Origin: Octopus sinensis
Taxonomy: Eukaryota
Length of the DNA stretch: 9,403 nucleotides
NCBI RefSeq assembly: GCF_006345805.1
Contig: NW_021828335.1
Span: forward strand, 1 to 9,403
Reading direction: 5' to 3'
Below the pieces are notes generated by a model that was not told the origin of the DNA, did not search any database, and worked only from the letters and a program-made list of their open reading frames with translations. Shown here one piece after another: positions 1-7,716 of this stretch; position 1 is the first letter of the stretch; each line of letters starts with the position of its first letter. The position numbers were made by a program, and so were the translations under genes.

Positions 1-37
1 GCTTCTAGTCCATCCAATTTTTTAACAGAGATGTGGA

Positions 38-38
<1 letters not shown>

Positions 39-81
<43 letters not shown>

Positions 82-104
82 TGTGTGTGTGTGTGTGTGC
101 GTGT
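39..104. repeat. (GT)n microsatellite
   Basis: About 32 GT units with a few interruptions (GC, GA). Confidence 0.97.
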
Positions 105-179
105 TCTGTTTGCGTACGAGATGTACGTGTGCATTAATGTTTGAATAGCTATCAAGAAACATAGTTACACAGCCACGCA

Positions 180-346
180 CATACGTATACACACACATGC
201 AAATATGTATATATATATATGTATATATATTATATATATATATATAAGATGTATATATATAATATATAATATATATATATATATTTGATATATATATATA
301 TATATATATTATGTATATATGTATATATATATATAATATATGTATG

Positions 347-383
<37 letters not shown>

Positions 384-915
384 GTATGTATATATATATA
401 TATATATGTATGTCTATATATATATGTATAGATATATATCTATATATATATATATATATATAATTTATATATATATATATGTGTTATATATATAGATATA
501 TATATGCATATATGTAGTATATATATATTATATCCATATCCATATAGATAAAATATATATGTGTATATATGTATATACATATATATATATATATATAGAT
601 ATAAATATAAATATATATATATGCATATATATATCTAAATATATATGCATATGTATATACTTGTCTATATGTGCATATATGTATATATGTATACATATAT
701 GTGTGTGTATATATATATATATGTATATATATGTACATTTATTTATCTTTATTCACATATATGTGTATGTATATGTACATATACAAGTATGTATGTATAT
801 GAATGTATATGTATGTTTGTGTGTATGTATACATATATATATACACACACATATACACGCACATATATATACACACATACATACATACATACATGTATAT
901 ATATGTGTGTGTGTG
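180..915. repeat. Compound (TA)n/(TATG)n/(CA)n low-complexity tract
   Basis: Near-continuous degenerate TA, TATG and CA repeats. This is the source of the Y/I/C/V/H/T-rich ORFs. Confidence 0.95.
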
Positions 916-1045
916 AAATATACACAAGTGCACATGTTGATAAATGGGTTGGCATGAAACTGAAACCCCCTGAGTCACTGCAACCCCTGATAAGAGATAT
1001 AAACACCATCCTTGATGTATAAATTTCCGTTTTGTTTTGTCTGTA

Positions 1046-1246
1046 GGAGGTGCGTGGCTTAGCGGTTAGGGTGTTCGGCTCGTGACGGTGAGGCTGTGTG
1101 CTCAATTCCTGGCAACAGCAACACCAATGCGATGCGTCCTCGCTCCAGTTTGCTCAGCTGGTAAAAATGGATTGTACCGGTAATTCAAAAGGGGCCAGCC
1201 CTGTCATATTCTGTGTCATGCTGAATCTCCCTGTGAAATACATGAA
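1046..1246 (+). mobile_element. tRNA-derived SINE (family A body), 5' part, interrupted by the MITE array
   Basis: Head GGAGGTGCG, A-box TGGCTTAGCGG (1055-1065), degenerate B-box TGCTCAATTCC (1099-1109). 1178-1246 aligns to the reverse complement of about 5938-6003 in the intact SINE of this window. Confidence 0.85.
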
Positions 1247-3185
1247 CCCTTTCATTACCAACCTAGCTGAAACCACCCCTGGTTTTGAGTACAAATGTCT
1301 TGTTTTCATGAGTTTTGAATTAAAATCTTCCACCAAACCTTAGTCACAATTTACGTTCCTAACACTAGCTTAATGATAACTAAGATATTTTACTAAATTC
1401 TTTGTTATATTTAAAATTAATTGAAAGAACACAGAGCATCTCAAAATAAATACGGTAACAAACGGTTAAATCACCATGATATTTTTAACCCTTTTGATAC
1501 CAAGCCACTAAACTGCCTCTGGCTCTGTAGTACAAATGCTTTTGTTTCATAAGTTCTGAATTAAAATCTTCCACCAAACCTTAGTCACAATTTATGTTCC
1601 TAACACTAGCTTAATGATAACTAAGTTATTTTACTAAATTCTTTGTTATATTTAAAATTAATTGAAAGAAACACAGAACATCTCAAAATAAATACGGTAA
1701 CAAAAGAGTTAAAGTCACCATGATATTTTTAACCCTTTTGATACCAAGCCAACTAAAACTGCCTCTGGCTCTGTAGTACAAGTGTCTTGTTTTCATAAGT
1801 TCTGAATTAAAATCTTCCACCAAACCTTAGTCACAATTTATGTTCCTAACACTAGCTGAATGATAACTAAGATACTTTACTAAATTCTTTGTTATATTTA
1901 AAATTAATTGAAAGAAACACAGAACATCTCAAAATAAATACGGTAACAAAAGAGTTAAAGTCACCATGATATTTTAAACCCTTTTGATACCAACCTGGTT
2001 GAAACCACCTCTGGCTCTGTAGTACAAATGTCTTGTTTTCATAAATTCTGAATTAAAATCTTCCACCAAACCTTAGTCACAATTTATGTTCCTACACTAG
2101 CTGAATGATAACTAAGATACTTTACTAAATTCTTTGTTATTTTAAATTAATTGAAAGAACACAGAACATCTCAAAATAAATACGGTAACAAAAGAGGTTA
2201 AAGTCACCATGATATTTTTAACCCTTTTGATACCAAGCCAACTAAAACTGCCTCTGGCTCTGTAGTACAAATGTCTTGTTTTCATAAGTTCTGAATTAAA
2301 ATCTTCCACCAAACCTTAGTCACAATTTATGTTCCTAACACTAGCTGAATGATAACTAAGATACTTTACTAAATTCTTTGTTATATTTAAAATTAATTGA
2401 AAGAAACACAGAACATCTCAAAATAAATACGGTAACAAAAGAGTTAAAGTCACCATGATATTTTTAACCCTTTTGATACCAAGCCAACTAAAACTGCCTC
2501 TGGCTCTGTAGTACAAATGTCTTGTTTTCATAAGTTCTGAATTAAAATCTTCCACCAAACCTTAGTCACAATTTATGTTCCTAACACTAGCTGAATGATA
2601 ACTAAGATATTTTACTAAATTCTTTGTTATATTTAAAATTAATTGAAAGAAACACAGAACATCTCAAAATAAATACGGTAACAAAAGAGTTAAAGTCACC
2701 ATGATATTTTATAAACCCTTTTGATACCAAGCCAACTAAAACTGCCTCTGGCTCTATAGTACAAATATCTTGTTTTCATAAGTTTTGAATTAAAATCTTC
2801 CTCCAAACCTTAGTCACAATTTATGTTCCTAACATGAGCTCTAATTATAACTAAGTTATTTTACTAAATTCTTTGTTATATTTAAAATTAATTGAAAGAA
2901 ACACAGAGCATCTCAACAGAAATATGGTAATAAAAGTGTTCAAGTCACCATGATATTTTATAAACCCTTTTGATACCAAGCCAACTAAAACTGCCTCTGG
3001 CTCTATAGTACAAATGTCTTGTTTTCATAAGTTTTGAATTAAAATCTTCCACCAAACTTTAATCACAATTTATGTTCCTAACACTAGCTTACGGATAACT
3101 AAGTTACTTTACTAAATTCTTTGCTATATTTAAAATTATGTGAAAGAACCACAGAACATCTCAAGAGAAATATGTTAACAAAAGG
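1247..3185. repeat. Tandem array A: 8 units of a ~222-bp piggyBac-type MITE plus 16-bp spacer
   Basis: Unit starts at 1247, 1489, 1733, 1979, 2222, 2468, 2716, 2965 (period 242-249). Typical ends are TTAA|CCCTTTTGATACC and CGGTAACAAAAGAG|TTAA. Spacer consensus AGTCACCATGATATTT. Confidence 0.92.
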
Positions 3186-3386
3186 TGTGAGTGAATATAT
3201 GTATATATATGTCCATATATATCTGCATATATATGTATATATGTATATATATATATCTATTTATTTATATACACATATATATGCATGTATGTAAGTTATA
3301 ATAATTTGACTTGTTGAAAATTCTGGTATCATACTTTGCTTTTATGCTTAACACAATTCATACAAATTATACATACATACACAAGC

Positions 3387-3418
<32 letters not shown>

Positions 3419-3470
3419 GCATGTGTGAATGTATATTTTGTGTGTGTGTATGTATATACATATATATATG
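3186..3470. repeat. (TA)n/(TG)n-rich low-complexity tract between the arrays
   Basis: TA and TATG runs at about 3195-3290 and 3370-3470, separated by AT-rich sequence. Confidence 0.8.
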
Positions 3471-4599
3471 AGAAAAGTTGAGTTCAATTATAACGTTTTT
3501 GCTCTAGTTATTAGATTTCTAATACAGATTCTTCATATCAGAATTGTAGCTTATTTAAAAAATATTAAGATTTGACAAGTATAAGGTGTGTTATGAGCAT
3601 TTATAGAATATGTATTCTATAGAAACTTAACTAATAATTAAAGATGGAGAATGTTTTATAAAATTTTAATCCATGTAACTAAAACTTTTAACTTTTAAAG
3701 TTTTGAATTAAATCCTGAGTCACCATTTATGTTCCTAAAACTAGCTTAATGATAACTAAGTTATTTTACTAAATTCTTTGTTATATTTAAAATGAAATTG
3801 AAAGAAACACAGAGCATCTCAACAGAAATATGGTAACAAAAGGGTTCAAGTCACCATGATATTTTTAACCCTTTTGTTACCAACCCGGCTGAAACCGGCT
3901 CAGGCTCTGTAGTACAAATGTCATGTTTACGTAAGTTCTGAATTAAAATCTTCCACCAAACCTTAGTCACAATTTATGTCCTAACACTAGCTGAATCATA
4001 ACTAGTTATTTTACTAAATTCTTTGATATATTTAAAATGAAATTGAAAGAAACACAGAGCATCTCAACAGAAATATGGTAACAAAAGGGTTCAAGTCACC
4101 ATGATTTTTTAACCCTTTTGTTACAACCGGCTGAAACCGGCTCAGGCTCTGTAGTACAAATGTCATGTTTACGTAAGTTCTGAATTAAAATCTTCCACCA
4201 AACCTTAGTCACAATTTATGTTCCTAACACTAGCTGAATCATAACTAAGTTATTTTACTAAATTCTTTGCTATATTTAAAATGAAATTGAAGAAACACAG
4301 AGCATCTCAACAGAAATATGGTAACAAAAGGGTTCAAGCACCATGATATTTTTAACCCTTTTGCTACCAACCCGGCTGAAACCGGTCAGGCTCTGAGTAC
4401 AAATGTCATGTTTACGTAAGTTCTGAATTAAAATCTTCCACCAAACCTTAGTCACAATTTATGTCCTAACACTAGCTGAATCATAACTAAGTTATTTTAC
4501 TAAATTCTTTGCTATATTTAAAATGAAATTGAAAGAAACACAGAGCATCTCAACAGAAATATGGTAACAAAAGGGTTCAAGTCACCATGATATTTTTAA

Positions 4600-4822
4600 C
4601 CCTTTTGTTACCAACCCGGCTGAAACCGGCTCAGGCTCTGTAGTACAAATGTCATGTTTACGTAAGTTCTGAATTAAAATCTTCCACCAAACCTTAGTCA
4701 CAATTTATGTTCCTAACACTAGCTGAATCATAACTAAGTTATTTTACTAAATTCTTTGATATATTTAAAATGAAATTGAAAGAAACACAGAGCATCTCAA
4801 CAGAAATATGGTAACAAAAGGG
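4600..4822. mobile_element. Representative non-autonomous piggyBac-type MITE monomer (223 bp)
   Basis: TTAA|CCCTTTTGTTACCA ... TGGTAACAAAAGGG|TTCA: a perfect 14-bp TIR with CCC...GGG termini at TTAA-type sites, the established piggyBac signature. No coding capacity. Confidence 0.85.
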
Positions 4823-5275
4823 TTCAAGTCACCATGATATTTTTAACCCTTTTGTTACCAACCCGGCTGAAACCGGCTCAGGCTCTGTAGTACAAATGTC
4901 ATGTTTACGTAAGTTCTGAATTAAAATCTTCACCAAACCTTAGTCACAATTTATGTTCCTAACACTAGCTGAATCAGAACTAAGTATTTTTACTAAATTC
5001 TTTGTATATTAAAATGAAATTGAAAGAACACAGAGCATCTCAACAGAAATATGGTAACAAAAGGGTTCAAGTCACCATGATATTTTTAACCCTTTTGCTA
5101 CCCAAACCCGGCTGAACCGGCTCAGGCTCTGTAGTACAATGTCATGTTTACGTAAGTTCTGAATTAAAATCTTCCACCAAACCTTAGTCACAATTTATGT
5201 TCCTAACACTAGCTGAATGATAACTAAGTTATTTTACTAAATTCTTTTAAAATAATTGAAAGAAATACAGTGTAT

Positions 5276-5692
5276 AGGTGCAGGAGTGGCTGTGTGGTAA
5301 GTAGCTTGCTTACCAGCCACATGGTTCTGGGTTCAGTCCCACTGCATGGCACCTTGGGCAAGTGTCTTCTACTATAGCCTCTGGCCGACCAAAGCCTTGT
5401 GAGTGGATTTGGTAGACGGAAACTGAAAGAAGCCTGTCGTATATATGTATATATATATGTGTGTGTGTGCATGTGTTTGTGTGTCTGTGTTTGTCCCCCC
5501 CCAGCATCGCTTGACAACCGATGCTGGTGTGTTTACATCCCCGTAACTTAGCGGTTCAGCAAAAGAGACTGATAGAATAAGTACTAGGCTTACAAAGAAT
5601 AAGTCCTGGGGGTTGATTTGCTCAATTAAAGGCGGTGCTCCAGCATAGCCGCAGTCAAATGACCGAAAGAAGAAAAAGAGTAAAAGAGAGTA
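5276..5692 (+). mobile_element. tRNA-derived SINE family B, copy 1 (full length, inside the last MITE unit)
   Basis: A-box TGGCTGTGTGG (5287-5297), B-box GGTTCAGTCCC (5330-5340), CORE-like CCTTGGGCAAGT motif, internal (TA)/(TG) tract, (GTAAAAGA)-type tail. Probable TSD AGTGTAT (5269-5275) / AGAGTAT (5693-5699). Confidence 0.9.
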
Positions 5693-5730
5693 AGAGTATC
5701 TTGAAACAAATACGGTAACGAAAGGCTTCA

Positions 5731-5774
5731 GGGTACACATGTCTGTGGGATACTCAACCACTTGCACCTTAATT
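5731..5774 (+). mobile_element. Continuation of the SINE interrupted at 1246 (3' remnant)
   Basis: GGGTACACATGTCTGTGGGATACTCAACCACTTGCACCTTAATT aligns to GGTACACGTGTCTGTGGAGTGCTCAGCCACTTACACGTTATT (reverse complement of about 5896-5937), directly after the TTAA of the intact copy. Confidence 0.8.
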
Positions 5775-5822
5775 ACCCTAATCGCTAAGCCACGTGCTTT
5801 CACAAACTTTTGTCTGGGCATT

Positions 5823-6204
5823 GGGGGTAGCACTCCGTCGGTTACGACGACAAGGGTTCCGGTTGATCCGAATCAACGGAACAGCCCGCTCGTGAAATAA
5901 CGTGTAAGTGGCTGAGCACTCCACAGACACGTGTACCTTAACGTAGTTCTCGGGATATTCAGCGTGACACAGAGAGTGACAAGGCGGCCCTTTGAAATAC
6001 AGGTACAACAGAAACAGGAAGTAAGAGTGAGAGAAAGTTGTGGTGAAAGAGTATAGCAGGGATCACCACCATCCCCTGCCGGAGCCTCGTGGAGCTTTAG
6101 GTGTTTTTGCTCAATAAACACTCACAACGCCCGGTCTGGGAATCGAAACCGCGGTCCTATGACTGCGAGTCCGCTGCCCTAACCACTGGGCCATTGCGCC
6201 TCCA
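5823..6204 (-). mobile_element. tRNA-derived SINE family A, full-length copy (3' member of a dimer)
   Basis: Minus-strand head TGGAGGCGCAA, A-box TGGCCCAGTGG (6183-6193), B-box GTTTCGATTCC (6139-6149), two hairpins at the 3' end. Confidence 0.9.
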
Positions 6205-6422
6205 CCCTTTGAAATACAGGTACAACAGAAACAGGAAGTAAGAGTGAGAGAAAGTTGTGGCAAAAGAGTACAGCAGGGATCACCACCATCCCCTGCCGGA
6301 GCCTCGTGGAGCTTTTAGGTGTTTTCACTCAATAAACACTCACAACGCCCGGTCTGGGAATCGAAACCGTGATCCTATGACCGCGAGTCCGCTGCCCTAA
6401 CCACTGGGCCATTGCGCCTCCA
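6205..6422 (-). mobile_element. SINE family A, 5' half (upstream member of the dimer)
   Basis: Direct repeat of 5988-6204 with 8 substitutions and 1 indel. A-box 6401-6411, B-box 6357-6367. The dimer is flanked by GTCTGGGCATT at 5812-5822 and 6424-6434. Confidence 0.9.
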
Positions 6423-6782
6423 GGTCTGGGCATTATTGATTTATACAAATGTGTAAGGATGAAGGCCAGACTTGAATAAGCATGACTATAGTGGCAACGG
6501 AGTTTGTCGAGTGATGAATAAATAAACACTCTGAGCTATATATATATGTGTGTGCATATTTAGTTTCGCTGAGAAGCTAGGCTGGGTGAGGGCCTCCTTT
6601 TTCAGTTAAGACTCTGTTTAAATACAAATGGATTTGAATTCACACGTGTGTTTATAGTATCGGTAATGTTATTATTATTTTATAATATTTATATTATTTG
6701 TGTCTTTTATTTATGTTTTCATACTCACGCTGTAATGTTATTCTTTAAATATTGGAAGAGATTCATACACCGCATGTCTAGT

Positions 6783-6825
6783 TATATATATATATATATA
6801 TATCTAATATTATATATATATATAT
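6783..6825. repeat. (TA)n microsatellite abutting a SINE head
   Basis: Interrupted TA run. Confidence 0.9.
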
Positions 6826-6980
6826 AGGCGCAGGAGTGGCTGTTTGGTAAGTAGCTTGCTAACCAACCACATGGTTCCGGGTTCAGTCCCACTGCGTGGT
6901 ATCTTGGGCAAGTGTCTTCTGCTATAGGCCCGGGCCGACCAATGCCTTGTGAGTGGATTTGGTAGACGGAAACTGAAAGA
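6826..6980 (+). mobile_element. SINE family B, copy 2 (5' module only)
   Basis: AGGCGCAGGAG head through GGAAACTGAAAGA, homologous to 5276-5430 and to the start of copy 3. Confidence 0.9.
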
Positions 6981-7063
6981 CTTATTCTTTGTAAGCCCAG
7001 TACTTATTCTATCGGTCTCTTTTGCCGAACCGCTAAGTGACAGGGACGTAATCACACCAGCAT
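6979..7063 (-). mobile_element. Inverted internal fragment of the SINE family B 3' module
   Basis: Reverse complement of 7589-7675 with few differences. Confidence 0.9.
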
Positions 7064-7226
7064 ATTACAGACTTATTTCTACATGACCAGAAAGTTGAAC
7101 TGTGAAGTTTTATGCTCCTTTTCTCTTCTCTTCTCTTCATTTCTTTATTCCTTTTCTCCTGTTCTCTATGCTGTCATTTCATTAATCTGAACCTTTCTCA
7201 TTTTCCCTATTTGTCTCTGATGACAG

Positions 7227-7244
7227 AATATCCCAGAAACAGCT
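7227..7244 (+). other. Candidate 18-nt microexon (unverified)
   Basis: Long pyrimidine tract with no AG from 7108 to 7224, then CAG|AATATCCCAGAAACAGCT|GTAAG. Length is a multiple of 3 with no stop in any frame. Confidence 0.3.
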
Positions 7245-7350
7245 GTAAGGCTTTGAATTTTTTTTTTCCAATAATAATATTGTATACAACTTGAGATGTT
7301 TGCCTTGCCTTAATGTTTGTTGTCCTCTTTAACAATTTATATATATATAT

Positions 7351-7716
7351 AGGCGCAGGAGTGGCTGTGTGGTAAGTAGCTTGCTAACCAACCACATGGT
7401 TCCGGTTCAGTCCCACTGCGTGGCATCTTGGGCAAGTGTCTTCGCTATAGCCCCGGCCGACCAATGCCTTGTGAGTGGATTTGGTAGACGGAAACTGAAA
7501 AGAAGCCCGTCGTATATATGTATATATATATATATGTATGGTGTGTTTGTGTGTCTGTGTTTGTCCCCCTAGCATTGCTTGACAACCGATGCTGGTGTGT
7601 TTACGTCCCCGTCACTTAGCGGTTCGGCAAAAAGAGACCGATAGAATAAGTACTGGGCTTACAAAAGAATAAGTCCCGGGGTCGATTTGCTCGACTAAAA
7701 GGCAGTGCTCCAGCAT
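7351..7716 (+). mobile_element. SINE family B, copy 3 (lacks the 3' tail)
   Basis: Colinear with copy 1 from the head to GTGCTCCAGCAT. A and B boxes present; preceded by (TA)n. Confidence 0.92.

Larger units (their letters stand above)
3698..5726. repeat. Tandem array B: one 5'-truncated unit, five full units and one SINE-interrupted unit of the same MITE
   Basis: Partial unit 3698-3844; unit starts at 3869, 4113, 4356, 4600, 4847, 5090. Consensus 14-bp TIR CCCTTTTGTTACCA / TGGTAACAAAAGGG. Junction is TTCA-AGTCACCATGATATTT-TTAA. The last unit resumes at 5693 after the SINE. Confidence 0.92.

Noticed and set aside
1027-1046. Splice-acceptor-like TTTTGTTTTGTCTGTAG at the SINE head
   Set aside because: No convincing paired donor, and such motifs are frequent in T-rich DNA.
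484-1105. Overlapping ORFs of 60-132 aa on both strands
   Set aside because: They are mostly translations of TA/TG/CA microsatellites (YI, CV, HT repeats), which lack stop codons by composition.
1098-1343. ORFs of 81 aa and 60 aa
   Set aside because: They run across the SINE/MITE junction and resemble no protein family I recognise.
3602-3621. Palindrome TATAGAATA-TG-TATTCTATA
   Set aside because: A single 9-bp stem in very AT-rich sequence with no supporting context.
1489-5220. Many private 1-bp deletions among array units as biological variation
   Set aside because: They are scattered, mostly in short homopolymers (e.g. CCTACAC, TCTTCACC, CTGAACCGG), which is typical of unpolished long-read error. 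Unit number and fine variants need confirmation.
1247-5270. CRISPR-like repeat/spacer layout
   Set aside because: The repeats are ~222 bp, the spacers are identical rather than unique, there are no cas genes, and the context is eukaryotic.
1247-5726. Kolobok assignment (also uses TTAA) or an autonomous transposon
   Set aside because: Termini are CCC...GGG, whereas Kolobok starts with purines. No transposase ORF is present.
6423-6430. TSD region GGTCTGGG matches an internal SINE 8-mer (6133-6140)
   Set aside because: It is not at a junction that would explain priming; likely coincidence.
5224-6529. ORFs up to 153 aa
   Set aside because: They lie in SINE copies and flanks, and paralogous copies do not keep the frames.
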